The notes beneath the pieces were generated by a model. That model was not told where the DNA came from. It did not search any database and saw nothing but the letters and a program-made list of their open reading frames with translations. Shown here piece after piece: positions 38,880 to 52,282 of a stretch of 64,000 bases of DNA (position 1 is its first letter; the number at the start of each line of letters is the position of its first letter). The position numbers and the translations under genes are program-made. The stretch is from Vicugna vicugna (taxonomy: Eukaryota): positions 1,763,524-1,827,523 of the forward strand of contig MU057744.1 in assembly GCA_013265495.1 (NCBI GenBank). The letters run 5' to 3'.

Positions 38880-39760
38880 TGCTAGGGGTGCAGAGCCCAG
38901 CGGGCGGTGTGCGGCGGGCCCCCCGCCCGCGCGGTGACCCGAGCCCTCTCCCCAGGCCCAGCGCTGGCACCAGGGCAGCGAGCACTACGGGCGGCCCTGG
39001 CAGGCGGGCGACGTGGTGGGCTGCATGGCCGACGTGACCGAGCGCACCATGGTGTTCACGCTCAACGGCGAGATCCTGCTCGACGACTCGGGCTCCGAGC
39101 TGGCCTTCAAGGACTTCGACGTCGCTGACGGTGAGTGCGCGGCCTCGCGCGGCCTTCGGGGGCGCCCAGCCGCGCTGCTGCTCCTCGCAGGCGGCGGCGA
39201 CAGGGCGGGGACCGGCGGTGTCAGCCTCGGGCCTGCGGTCGGTCGTGGAGCGGGCGCTCTCCACTGCCGTCTCCACCGCTTAGCTGGCCGTTCCCTAAAG
39301 CAGCAGGGGCTTTTCAAGTGCGAATCAGGAAAGAAATGGCAGGTAAAGGGAGAGTTTTCCACAAGTGTTAAGTTCTGCCCTAGAACCTCCCTGTTGAATC
39401 AGCTGCTGATAGCTTCTTTCGGGTCATGCGTTTCAAAAAAATAGTGGGACCGACGGCGCGCCAGGCCCTCTGCTGGGAGCCGAGACGACAGAGAGGGGTG
39501 AGGGACCTCCCTCTTCACGCAGACCTGAGTGCACCAGGGGCAGGCAGCGCCGGGGTGGTTTCTGCTGAGTGCGCGGGCTCTGAGGAGAGGAAGCGCGGGC
39601 AGCGCTGCGGGGGCGCGGCGCGGGGAGAGGCCCCTCTGCCGGCGGGCCCGGACCTCGGGCAGCGTGTGCGGGGAGGCCCAGAGCCCTCTGGGAAGCGGGG
39701 GGCAAGGCCGCTGCTCGTGCTTCACAGCTCTGCTGCCCTAGGCTGGCCCCTGGCCCCCGG
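38880..39760. promoter_or_regulatory. Intragenic CpG island-like segment covering the ~exon 29 region
   Basis: Very high GC and dense CpG with an abrupt transition from the AT-rich flank at 37500-38700; interrupted by a milder patch at about 39300-39440. Confidence 0.75.
38956..39130 (+). CDS. RYR2: RYR2 coding exon (~exon 29), SPRY2
   Basis: ccccag|GCCCAG...GCTGACG|gtgagt; 175 bp; [58 protein letters not shown]. Confidence 0.95.
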
Positions 39761-39931
39761 GGGTTATTTGAAGCTACATTAATGTAAGTGAAATAAAGGT
39801 AAAAACTGAGTTTCCAGCGGTGGAAACTTAGGTTTCAAGTGCTCAGCACTGACCTCTAGCCAGCAGCGCCCTGCTGCACAGCAGAGCTCGAGAGCACTTA
39901 CATCATGTCGGGAGGTTCTGTTGGGTAGTGT
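39728..39931 (-). mobile_element. MER3-like hAT DNA transposon, GC-shifted
   Basis: tttcaagtgctcag...catcatgtcgggaggttctgttgggtagtg follows the MER3 layout. Confidence 0.65.
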
Positions 39932-42079
39932 TACCCAGAGCATGTAAACAAGATGATGTTTAACAAAGTACTGTATAAATATTTCATTTCAAACTGAGCT
40001 TGCACTTTTTTTTCAAAATGGCTTTGAATATATCCTATTACTTGAATATATGTGCATGTATTGTCTTGGATTTTAAGATCTGCCTCAGTTGGTACTTTTA
40101 AAATTATGTAAACTTGTCACCAGTCCTCAGAAAGTTAGCCAGCTCATTATTTGCATTAAGTTCTCTAGTTATTCATTCAGTAAGCTTTCAAGCAGTTATG
40201 ACCGTCATTTCTCAGACATAGATTTGTGGAAACAATAGAAGCTTTGCATTTTTACAACTTAATTTCTGTTTTGCAGTCCTGCGTCTCAGGTGGTGGGTGA
40301 AACTGGCACTCTAACCCCCCATCCCTACCTCCGCTCCTCGGGTGTTGCTCTTACGAGGGCCTGTGTATCACGGGGGAGTTGGGAGAGGGGCTTTATATGT
40401 GTTCTCTGTCTACGCTGTCTCAGGCCCTACAGATAGGGCCTGAGATTCTGTTTTTTCAGTTGGTTGTTATTTTAAAATGCTGGCATATTATGCCTTTCTT
40501 TTTATGAAGTTAAATTCTTGAAATGCCGATGTGAGTTGTGTTTGTTTAGTTTATGCCACATGGATTCACAGAATGATGTTAGAACTGTACACAGTGTGGA
40601 ACGCCCAGTCGTGCTGTTTAAGCAATGACAGATGCCAACGCTGCAGCATTGTTGTAGACACCAGTTGCCACTGTGGTGACAAAATGGGCTCTGACGTGGG
40701 TCTGAGGGCCACAGTCATAGAAACAACTTTGTTTTCTGACTCTACATTTCACATCATTTTTAAAATTTAAAAAATGACTTGAAACTTATACTCTGTTATA
40801 AAGTTAATACAGCATCCTCACAAATTGTCTGAAAATGTTGTGATCCATATTGTTGGACTGCGGTTGGAGGTGTTGGGAAGTATCCTTTTGGTCTCTAAGG
40901 CAGATTAAAAACTTTATTTAGCTGTAGTCGTTAACTCTTGACTTCGTAGGGGTTAGTCAGAATTCTGGGTTTTCTTCCATAAAAAGGACTGCAGAATTTA
41001 CACGGGCCTAGGACTTCCAGATGCTTTCTGGGCATGGAATTTTCCCATACCCTCCCAAGTATCTTTACATGGCTTCTTAAAAAATTCACTGGAGCTGCTC
41101 TGGGTGTAACAACAGTGGAAGGCCCTGAGACAAGCTCCCCAACTTACAGTCGCCACTAAGAGAGCCCGGGCTCAGTTGAAAAACCATTCATTTAGGCCAG
41201 CAGGAATGCACTGTGGTTGCTAAAGGACTAAGAAGTTTTCGTAAGCACTCTATTTTCAAATTGTTCTTACAGCTAGCTTGTCTTTACATCTGGGCCGTGC
41301 CTGATTTGGTGTTTGTTAAAATCTTCATAATTTCTTTTTGTTGCTGCAGAGGTAGTTCAGTCATATATACGCTGGCTCGTAAAGCAATCAAAAGAACTGT
41401 CTCTTGATGTCTCTGCCTTTTGTACAGTTTACACAGCCGAAATGATTTCTTGACCAATGTAAGTTGTTTCTTGATAACATCAAAAGGAAAATCACAAAAA
41501 TCTGTAAAAGACTGATGGGGTCACCCAGTGAAATCCAGGTGGCGAGACAGCCATCCAGTTCATTCCAGCCCATAGCGATGCGGGCAGGGCTTTTCTTAGG
41601 AGCTACAGATCCCTTTCCCAAACAGGGAATGCGCTGTCCTTCTGCAACCACAGGCTCCACCGTGAAGCTTCCGTGTTAACTGGACAAAGAACGATTGCTG
41701 CGACACACCGGCCCCGGGAGAAGGACAGGAGCCTTCAGTCCCTCCCTCCCCTCGAAGGGCCAGGACCTGTGGTCAAGATCAGGAGCCGTGTTATTAGACT
41801 TCTAAAAGTAGCAAGTCCTCTTCTATGAGTCTCCCTTCTATTTGGCTTTTTTTTTTTTAATCTCTTCAGAGTATCTGTAAGTAAAGTGAACAGATTAATT
41901 GAATCTCCATTTTTCAGAGAGTGCTATGGCTGTAATGTCAACAAAGGAACAGTGCTAGGCAGGAGCAGTCCCTGGTGAGGTCTGCTGTGACTTTCTCCTT
42001 GTCTCTTCTTACCACTGCACTGACAACTAGTCAGCATTGGGACTGGGGAGAACCCAGGAAAAGAGGCTGCAATACGCTG

Positions 42080-42700
42080 TGCTGTAGGCAGAATTCTAAG
42101 ATGGTCTCTGGGAGTCCTGCTCCTGGTGGACATGTCTTGCATAACCCTCTCTTCTGTCATGTGGACAGAGTCTGAATTAGATGGAATATAGCTCCCATGA
42201 TCAGGTTACTAGTCAGTTAACTGTGAGTTAATCAAATAGAGATCATCCAGGTGGGCCTGACCTAATCAGGTGAACCCTTAAAAGAGATTGGGTCCTTCTT
42301 GAAGTCAGAGGGATCCAAAGTGTGAGATGTGCTCTCCTTCTGGCCTTGGATGAACAGACTGCTGTGGTGTGAGAGGGCCACATGGTGGGGGTCTGCAGGA
42401 GGCCTCTAGGAGCTGAGAACAGCCCCTGGTTGACAGCTGGCAAGAAAAAGGAGACCTCAGTCCTACAATGACAAAGAACTGAATTCTTTTAACAACCAGG
42501 GAGCTTGGAAGGGGATCTGAGCCTCAGATGAGAACACAGTCCAGTCAGTACCTTGATTTCATCCTCATGACACTGAGAAGAGGACCCCAGTCGTGCAGTA
42601 CCTGGACTTCTGACCTGCGAGCTAAGAGACAATAAATGGGTCTTATTTTAGACTGCCAAGTTTGCGGTACTTTGTCTCATAGGAATGGGAAACAAATACA
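42080..42700 (+). mobile_element. MaLR solo LTR (MLT1E/F-like)
   Basis: gtaggcagaattctaagatgg start; ggcctctaggagctgag; aataaa; ends aaataca. Confidence 0.8.
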
Positions 42701-44756
42701 TTCACCAAAGGGGTGTTTTAGTTTCTGCTGAACCTTCAGACTCACAGAACTATCAAAGTTACAAACAACCCAAATTTTAAAACACCTATAAAGGAAAATA
42801 AGAGGATGCTGATTCTAGGGTTAGAGTGGTGGTTTCCTCAGGCGGAGGGGCCGGGAGATGGGGAGAGCAGCGTGCTATGGTTAGATGGCAGATACTGTTG
42901 AGGTTCTAGGTTTCCTTTGGGTGGTGGCTTAGAAGATGCTTGTTACAGTATTGGAAAGGACCAACTACACATGTAAAAGCAGTGTCTTGGACAAAAGGTG
43001 GTAATTGATCCACCATCTGCTTCTATATACTTGAGGTTCTTAAGCATGTGTGTAGAGCTTGGGGGAAGAGCTGGGAGACAGGGAGAGCTGACGGGGAAGG
43101 CCTGATCTTGAGTGATGTTCCTGATGAGGTGAAGGGTGTGATCTCAAACACCAGGAGATGAAATCGGAAGCCTTTTTCATTTTACAGCAGAGAAAAAATG
43201 GGCCTGGTAATAGTAATAGCCTCTGTCTTACAAATAGGGTGCCTCGTGTTTGTAGGGGAGCCCTCCAAGCCAAAGCAGTGGCTTTGTCTTTCCCACAGTC
43301 CCAGATTTCTTCTCTGTGTGCTTCTCCGGCTTCATCAAGCCCCTAATGTCCAGCTGCCTTATATCCTGCATGTTCCGTGGAACCACCCTCTCTGGAGTCC
43401 TGTCCCTAGGGGGCGGGGCGTCTGCCCTCTGTTGCCCAGCATGTGCCTGCACAAGGCAGTCCTGCTCGGAAGACTTCTGAACAGGAATTCTTACTGATGT
43501 GTCACCCCTTTTTGCTGGGAGGCTTTAGCTCCCTAAAATCTCTCCCCCCATCCTGCAGTGGCAATAAGCTGGTGGGGGGGGCACATTCTGTCCCTCATCG
43601 TCTCCTGAGACCACCTCAGGGAAAGGAAGAGTCCTTCAGCCAGTAGCTGAAGCTGCCCCAAGCCACAGGGAGAAATGGCCCTTTCTTTGGCCAGCTTTTG
43701 GGTGGGCTTCATCCCTTGCTTTTTTGTGCCATCAGAATGGTAGTATCTCAAGAGCTGAGATTTAGGTATTAGTCTGGAGAGAAGAAGCCAAGAAGACTAA
43801 CAAGTGGCCCTTCCTCTAGGTCTCTGGAGAAACAGAAGGGGATTTTAGGGTTCACACATGATTTAGCCCAGCCCACCATAAAAAAAAAAACCCAAATACT
43901 AGCTAGTAACAAATTATACTTTTTAATTTGCCCTATGCCCTCTTCTCTGCGTTATGGGGGTAATTTATTCCTTAAAGCACACAAATAGGGCAACTTTCCA
44001 TAGGTTAAAAACTATCACTAATTCCTACAGGAAAACATAATATGCATTTCTGACCCCCCAAATAAAGCCTCATTTATACTAAAACAATACCGAATTCCCC
44101 TGAAATCGCATTATAGTTAACATAATTATACCCTAATGTAGAAAGGCATTCCTTCCTGTATTTGGTCTCTAACTTCGTATTTTCCTTGCTCAACTCCGTC
44201 TCTTTTTTAATTCACATAGTATAAACTTCAGATTCCCTCACAAAATATAAATATTACACTCCAAGTTTAGTAATTTGATCCTCAGTGTAAGAAAAGCAAA
44301 ACAAACAGCGACAACGAAGCTAGAAAGAAAACAGTCAAGACCAAGGAATGTTGGCGAAAACCTGGGGACAGTGCAACATTTACCTGACGTGCCGACGTCA
44401 GAGGGGAACTGATGCGTGGCGTTTTCTCTGACACAGAACTTGCGCTCCACACTTGCTTGAAGGAGGAACCCACGAGACACGAGCCGGTTCTCACTACTGA
44501 GAAGATAACTGCGTGTCTCACTTCTGTTGGGGTTTGCCGCCTCCCAAAGAGGGTGAAATCTCAACTATTCTGACTTAATGAGAAGCGATGCCTTGCAGGA
44601 ACATTAAATGAAATGCCTCATAAAGTGAGATTCGGATTCTTCTCATCCAGGGCTTCTCGGCGGTCCTCAGGGCTCAGCAGGCATGGCTTCCGAGGAGATG
44701 TGTCTGCATCTGAAGACAGCGTCCTGAATACAAAACTCACATCTCTGTCCCAGCTC

Positions 44757-45060
44757 ACACGGACTGGATCTTGTCTTCCCAGAAATTCATATGGTGAAGT
44801 CCTGACCGGTAGTGACCATACTGAGGTCCTGAGGGTGGGGCCCTGGTCCAGTACAACTCGCATCCTTCTAAGAAAAGGAAGAGACACCAGGTGCACAGGG
44901 GAGGGCATGTGAGGACGCAGTGAGAAGGTGGCCGTCTGCAAGCCAAGGAGGGAGGCTGAGGAGAAACCACACCTGCAGACATCTTGGTCTTGGGCAAATA
45001 AATAAGTTAAAGCCACCCAGCCTGTGGCATTTTGCTGGGGCCGCCCTGGGGGACTGATCC
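44757..45060 (+). mobile_element. MaLR solo LTR (MLT1A/B-like)
   Basis: gtgaggacgcagtgagaaggtggccgtctgcaagccaagg...aagccacccagcctgtggcattttg. Confidence 0.8.
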
Positions 45061-48000
45061 CCTGCCCTCTACACTTACACCCCTCACCAGTCTAGCACTG
45101 GTCTCAAGTTCCTCCTGTGTGCAAGTGCTTCAGGTTTCCGGTAATGTGAGGAGCTGATCATATCCTTAAAGCATGGAAGAGTCAGCTAGCATTTTGCCAT
45201 GTGGTGAAAGAATAGTTACTTTGTCTGGAGAGCATCTGTATTTCACAAAGTAGGCTATGAGTGCGTGTCTTGTGTAGCGTAAATGCCTCATTACATTGGT
45301 GCTTGTTCAAGGTTGTCAGCTTTTCTGTGAGTAAAGATCACCTCAGGGCCCTCTGGTCCCATACCCGTGATGATTATAATCAGATCCAGAAATGATGCCT
45401 TTGATTCTGTGTCTGCTGTTTGAAAGGGCAGAAGCAAAACTGAATTCTTGGTGCTGAGACCACATAGAATTCCTTTCCTTGGGAGGGAAACAGAAGGAGA
45501 TTTTTGTAATTAAAATAGCTGCATAGCTTTAGGCAGAAAAGGCGTTTAAGGAAAAAGATGGGGGATGACTTTCCATTATCGATTTTATTAGTTGCCTTTA
45601 AAACGAAGAAGAAAAAAAACAGAATATTTTGCTGTCGGTCTGTACATATAATTTATTTTTATCCTCTGTTGAAATATGAACCATTTGGCAGATGTATGTG
45701 ACTCATTGAGAAGATTACTTTCAACAAGGTGTGAATTAGGGCTGGGTCTGCACTGTCCCAAATGCCTACCTTCCTTGCTCCACCGTCACATCTGTCCTTT
45801 CTGTCATTAGTGTCACTCTGTACAGTCTGCTGTTGATACAGACCTGGGACCCAGGTTTGCATCAGACCTGGGAAAGTAAGGTCATTGGGACTCTCCCTGA
45901 TTAAGAGGTAGCACTTGTGAAGGAAGGAAGAAGCTCGGACTGTGAGTCCCTGCTGTGGGGCAATCCAAACAACCATAGATTTGGGTTGGGACACTGGCTA
46001 TTTTGAGTGAAGATGAAGACAGTCATAAAGTGGTAGACAAATTCTAAAGAGTAAGGAGATGTTGGAGACCAGCAGCCTCATTGTTTTGTCTAAAATCAGA
46101 AAAGGGAACTATCCTAGACACTCTGTGGACTTTTCCAGGAATGAAACTCTTAAATAGGTACTACGTTCACGGAGTACTTTAACAAGTGAAGGGATTTTTA
46201 CTATTCAAATTCCAGATTATTACTTAATGTGTATTTTTTGAGCTTATGTGTATGTAATCTAAACAACATGTTATTTGAGGAAATTCATTGTGAAATAATT
46301 GGTGAATTCAGTGAAAACCAAACTGCTTAGCCTAAACTGCCCAGTTAATTGACAGTTAAATCTTATGTGCTGATGAATAGAGGAAATTTCTATCGTACAG
46401 ACCATTTTGAGAATAGCTAAAGTTGGTAGGTGGTTAATGACATAATTTGTATATATACTAGCCTATCTGCACATTGGCAGTTTTGCACGTGTGAATATAC
46501 ATCTGATTCTAGAAGGAGCAGTGTGGGCATACAACACCAATGGTTCGTTACCTAGGAATGCTGCCGAGCCAAACAGCAAAATTTAGTATGGGATGGCTTA
46601 ATTATACTGGAAAGGTCAAAGAATCAGAATAAAGGGTGTCAGAACCTTGTGTATATGAAACATTCTATTGTCTGGACTTGAATTGATGGAGAGAACGTGA
46701 TGGCTTTAAAATGGGTTTCAAGGTCAAAAATAAATATCCTACTGATCTTGATGCTCTGAAGTGAACCAAGAGCCAGGAGGAAAGTGTGGGAATGCCCCTG
46801 TCGTGCCAGCATTGTGTTACCAAGTCCTTGCACTAACGATACACCTGTATCATGGTAAATTCCCTGGGACCTCACTTAGCATAATTCCCTAATTCATGTT
46901 CGAAGCCAAAAGGGACTAGAAGAAACAGATAACCACGTCTGAAGCCCTGGGTTTTAGATCCAGTTCTGAAAATAATTCTTCCTGTGGGCCCTCTGTTTTC
47001 ATTTCCTTAAAATAAGAAAACATTAATTGGAAATGGTCATTTCATGCCTCTTCCAGTTTTAAAGATCCCAGAAATCTAAGGCAAGTGTTTTGGTTTTGGT
47101 TTTTGTTTTGGTTTTACCCTCTCTCTCTGCATTCTTGAGCATCCCATTTAACCAGCCGAAGGACCCTAGAGAAAGATTTAACATCTTAGTTGTTTTCTCA
47201 TCTTGAAAAATGGGGTTAGTATTTAATAATAAATGGTAAAGTGCTTACATATTATCTGGCACATAGTAGGCCACCAGTTAGTGTTACCCTTTCCTCTGAT
47301 CAAATAATTCACATTTACATGTTAATACTGGCCATTTTAGTCTGCTTTTGGCCATTTGGTTTTGGTTATAAATGTGAGTCCCAATTTGTATTTCAGAAAT
47401 TTCAAAATCTGAAATCATATATTCTTAGGAAAAGCTGGTATGCTTGTGATCTGCTTCATCTTCTTCTCATCCAGCCCCCACTGCAGATTTCTCGCCTGCC
47501 TCACGCCCCCACATCCTTGTGACTGCCAGTTCCTTCGCTGGACTTGCGTGCTCACAACACAGCCCTCTGCTCAGGAGTGGGGAGGCTCATCAGCAGAGAA
47601 AGTTAAAATTTGCTGAAGCCATCTGTCTTTTGTTGGAGGAAGCAATTTAGCCATAAGTTGTAGCTACTGTTTTAACAGATTTACAAATAGTTAGGGCGGA
47701 TCTGGCACAGGCCCGAGTAACCAGTTGGACCCGTGGGTACTAATTTAAGATCCCCTGCCGGGAGGAAACTTGCCTTAGATCTCATCAGGCTTTGCCGTTT
47801 GCAAGGTGTCAGTTAAGGTAAGCAGAATAGAAGACGGAGAACTCAAAGGACAGGCAGGTGGGACTGACACTTACCTGTGCCAGGTGTGTGCATAAACGTG
47901 TGGAAACCAGTTTTAGTGGGCTGGAATATTTTTTGCTCAGCCTGCCTCAAACTCAGAAAGAACTGAGCCTCAATTATCATGTTTTTCTGTGGACAGTTAC

Positions 48001-48314
48001 TAAGAGGGAGGTCATTTATCAACTCATCTTGTATAATTTATGGCAAACCCTTCTGTCAGTCTTGACAGCATTTATGATTCTCTGACCCTCTATTCTGTAT
48101 ATTGATAACTCTTTCCTTACTCATTAGCTCCCTTCCGAGCGTAAAGGTAAACTCTGGGAAGGGAGCCCTCCCACCCTGTTTGCAGCTGTGTTTCCAGTGC
48201 CTCCGGCAGTGGTTGCACGTGGTCGGTGTGGATCAGGTGTTTGCTGCTTGGAGGGACCTGATACTGTAGGAGACAGTCTTTGAATGTTGAAAACTTAGAG
48301 CAGGAATCAGGCTT

Positions 48315-48482
48315 GAGGGCCAAATCCAGCCAGCCACCAGTTTTTGTGAATCAAGTTTTGTCAGAACACAGCCCCACTCCTCTGTCTTCATACTCTTTCT
48401 GGCCGCTTTGCCCTGTAACTCAGGCTTGAGCAGTTTTGACCTAGACCATACAGTCCAGGAAGCCTAAAATCTACTCTCTGGT
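48315..48482 (+). mobile_element. MER58-like hAT element
   Basis: ggccaaatccagcc...tttttgtgaatcaagttttg...aagcctaaaat. Confidence 0.7.
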
Positions 48483-51400
48483 GACACACAGGGCTGGCTT
48501 TAGCGTGGACCTTGAGATCTGCAGACCCGGCTTTCTTTTCTGGCCACTTAGCTGTGATTTAAGCTGAGACTGGACTTGACTCACTGGAAAAAAGATAGCT
48601 GTTTCCTGTCCGGTCCTTAACGTTCAGTGAGATGAAGCCCCAGATAAACACTCAGGACATTCGCTACTGTCACGAGCCTTGTGTGTTTGACAGCATGTCA
48701 CCTGTTGTCAGCACCTGTGTTTGCAGGGCACTGGCCAGGTGGAGGTGACTGAGGCCCAGCCTTCCCCGTGTAGACTGGAAAGTACCTGGCGGTTCCTCTT
48801 CTCTGTGTGCTCTGCGCCTCCATCTAAGTCCTCCCTACTGTGACCCCCGCATTTAAAATACGGGTTTCAGAAATGTTCATTGTGTTATTATCATAGCAGC
48901 TACGAAAGCTGCATTTCCAGACGTCAGAACACAGTTTAATGTGGGGGGATTCTGCTTCATTTAAATTAACAAGAGAAAAAATAGCATAATTTCTGCTTAT
49001 GATTGTACTTTCATAAATACTTCCCTTTAAAAGGCACCAAAACAATAAAGCAGTGAGAATACCACCTACGGCTGTAAGCTAATGAAAAATTATACCCATT
49101 ATTTTTCAGAAAACTAAGCAATTCTTTTTGAACATTTGGATAATACAAGAATATAGTGAATTGATTGAAATTATATATATATTCCCACTACACAGAGAAA
49201 AATTGGACTTTTAATGTGTTTTTCTCTCATCTAAAGGATTGAGATGTAGAGATAATTTTCTGTTGCCATCTTTGTAACTTAGTATTATGTTGTCTTAAGT
49301 CATAAAAACATTTTAAACATAACTTTTGATATTTGTATCAATTTTACATTTTGAGAAGTATCAGCCTTTCAGAAAAGTGCTAGTAAAGTACCATGAACAC
49401 CTGCATACTCTTCACCTGGAATCACCAGTTTTTAAATTTCACCATATTAGTTCTGTCTCCCTCTACAGGTTTATTCTGGTGAGCCCCAAACATGATTTTT
49501 AATGCCTGCACATACTTAACCTTGTGTATGTATAATTAACCATTCTCTTATTCTGGATATTTAATTTCTTTTACCTTTATTTTCCGTTTTAAATTTAGTT
49601 TAGTGAGCATCCCTGTCAAGCACTGTATATACAGGATCTCATTTTTAAAACCATGGCTCCATGCAGTAGACATTACAGAAGAAAGGATTAAAGCTTAGAG
49701 AATTTAAGTGACTTGCCAGAAAGTGGCGGAGCTAAGACTTGAATCCAGTCTCTTGGATCTCAAACTCTCTGTCCTTGGGCGTTTCGTAGAAGTACCTGCC
49801 TGCCCTCTTCTTCTGCAGAATCTTCCCACTCCCATCTCTCTGCTCTTCCTCTGTTCTTGGTACTCTGTTTTCTCAGATGGGTCAGTAGGTGACTTGGGTA
49901 TGACTTTATCAGTTGTCTTCCCAGCTCGTTAGACTGTGAGAACCTCTTGGCTGAGGTCTGTGTGTTACTCACCCAGTGTCTCCGGTGTCTGGCACACAGT
50001 AGCTGCTCTCTAAATATCTGTTGGATAAAGAAATGAATAGTTGAAAGTGTCTTAATGCATATGACTTAACTGCTCATCCTCAGTCCTTGCTAATTTTATT
50101 AGCAAGACTTCTGGTCCCGAGCTTACTGCACACTCACTAGCCGAGAACTTCCACAACTTGAAGAGCTTGTGGTCTGGACCATTTTGTATCCACATCACTC
50201 TTACACATTTCTATCTGAGAAAGATGTAGGTATATCCCAACTTATTAAATGAGTATTTTTACAGACTGTCACTTGTTTTCATAATAAAATAAACATTCGT
50301 TGAGAAAAATTGTTAGCTTGAGAGACATAAAAAGAGAGGAAAAAAGTATTAAAAATCCCACTACTCTGAAACTTTTTTTGATTAAAAAAAACCTTCTGGT
50401 GTTTTCACATGTTTAAAAATAAACCATGTTACATCTTTCTTTCTTGAAATAATGTTTACTGTCAATATTTTCCTATGTATTAATGAACCTTTGAAAGCCA
50501 GATTCTCAAAAGCTAAGTAGTATACCATCTCAAGGAACAGAAAAACATACATTTATTGTCCCAACAATATCCTGTGACTGTAAACGTAGCCAGAGTGAAC
50601 AGTTTAGGACATAAATCTTGTGCACAACACTAAATACTTGATTTTTTAGATGAAAATATATCAAACATACAGAAAAGTTCCAGGTATTAATATAACAAAC
50701 ACCCACAGGTCTACTGTAGAGATTTTTTAGGGATCCAATAAGTTTGCTGTTAGGGTAGGAACTCCTTCTACATCTGAAGTGGTAAAAGAAGTAACTGTTG
50801 AGCCTCTGAGGAGATGTTCCCATCTTGGTATCCCCTAGTTCGCGTCACATGAGTGCTACATTTGCCAGTTTGTGCGCATGTAGTTCCAGCTGTCTCAGGT
50901 CTGTCGAGTTTTTCCAGTCCTTCTCTCTGATTCCTTTGGGGACACTTAAGACAGCTTTCCTTGACTGCTACGCCCAGAGCTGGCACAGCTGCAGACACAG
51001 CTGTGGCTTTTTCATTTTAACTAGAAACTCATCATTCGCGCTTCCTTGAACCCGGCGGGATGTGTTCTTGCTTCCTGGTTGGTAGCATAGTTACGCAACT
51101 GTTTCTTTAAATATATACTGATGACACGAGCTGAGCTGCGTGAGACCATTATGAGTTATCAGGTGTAATTTGTATCGTCTTGTGCTGTTTTGAGGGTTAT
51201 ACATTGCTTTTACTGCCAGTGATTTCAACAGTGGAAGAAATAGAAATCGTAATGGGAGAAATTTGTCAGCTTATTCTCAGGATCCATTGCTTTTTTAATC
51301 TACAAGTTAGATCCTCCGATTTGTGGTCTGCATTCCAACACTGACCTTGGTTATTGCATTGAATACTTGAACTTTCCTGTAGAATAGTATAGAAGGAAAT

Positions 51401-52282
51401 GAAGATTACATAGACGCGCCCTCTGCTGCAAAATGCCATCTCATCCCCTTGCCAGACAGTTAACAGAGTGAATGTAGTTTCCTCTTGTTCTTTAATAGTG
51501 GAAAGGTTAACTAGCCCTGCTACACACTGAAATATTTTGTTTCTTCTTTATTGCTCATTGCTGTTGCTTTTGACTTAGTTTCTTATTTAGCTTACTCTTT
51601 GATTTCATCTTAACTGTTTATGTTAATCGTGCATTGTCCTGCGTAATCTGTAGCGTCAGTGACATTGAAGGGGAAGGGACAGACGGAGGAGATTCAGTGG
51701 GATGTTGGCAAGGACTTCCAAATATTTCAATTTTTTCTCTCAATGCTTAGCTGCAGGGTACCTCAGGGAGAAAAGAGCAAAACTCTCTTCAAAGATCAAA
51801 AGCAACTATAAGTGAATTAAAACCGTTATAAATATTGCCTCCAATCATTTTTTCTTTGAGGTACATGCAAAGAAAGCTAACTCAGCGGTGTTGGTGTTTG
51901 CAATTTCAAGCCTCCTTCTATCTCACTTTCCCCCTCCGAGAGAGGCACGCGCACTTCTGCGCAGGCTGCGGAGTGGGGACCTCCTCCTGTGGCTGTGCAC
52001 CCTGAGACCCTGGAGGACTAGGGGCTGCCTAGCAGCTACCTCACAGAAGTCCAAGGGGAAAGAAGGGACCCCTGGGCCACATTTAATGGATTCTGATGCC
52101 AAGAGCAAATCCCGGTCTTCTGAGCCTGGCGTTGAGTACTTGCTGTGAGTGGTCTCTTTATCCTTGCTTTTGCCTCAGGGTGACGGCTCTCACAAAGGGA
52201 AGACTTCTGGAGCAACACTTTTGATAATTCCGTACCAGAAGGCTCTTATGCTAATGATACTGGTTTTTTTTCTTCTTCCCAG

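Noticed and set aside
38956..39130. Exon derived from RYR1 by paralogous conversion (S, P and T match RyR1 residues as recalled)
   Set aside because: Diagnostic residues remain RyR2-type ([21 protein letters not shown]). The matches are better read as tolerated substitutions.
38701..39276. 191-aa minus-strand ORF and other overlapping ORFs at 38907-39782
   Set aside because: Shadow ORFs caused by extreme GC content over the RYR2 exon; low-complexity Arg/Ala/Gly/Pro products.
43860..44160. Possible NUMT, suggested by A/C-rich composition
   Set aside because: I could not recognise any mitochondrial gene or tRNA sequence.
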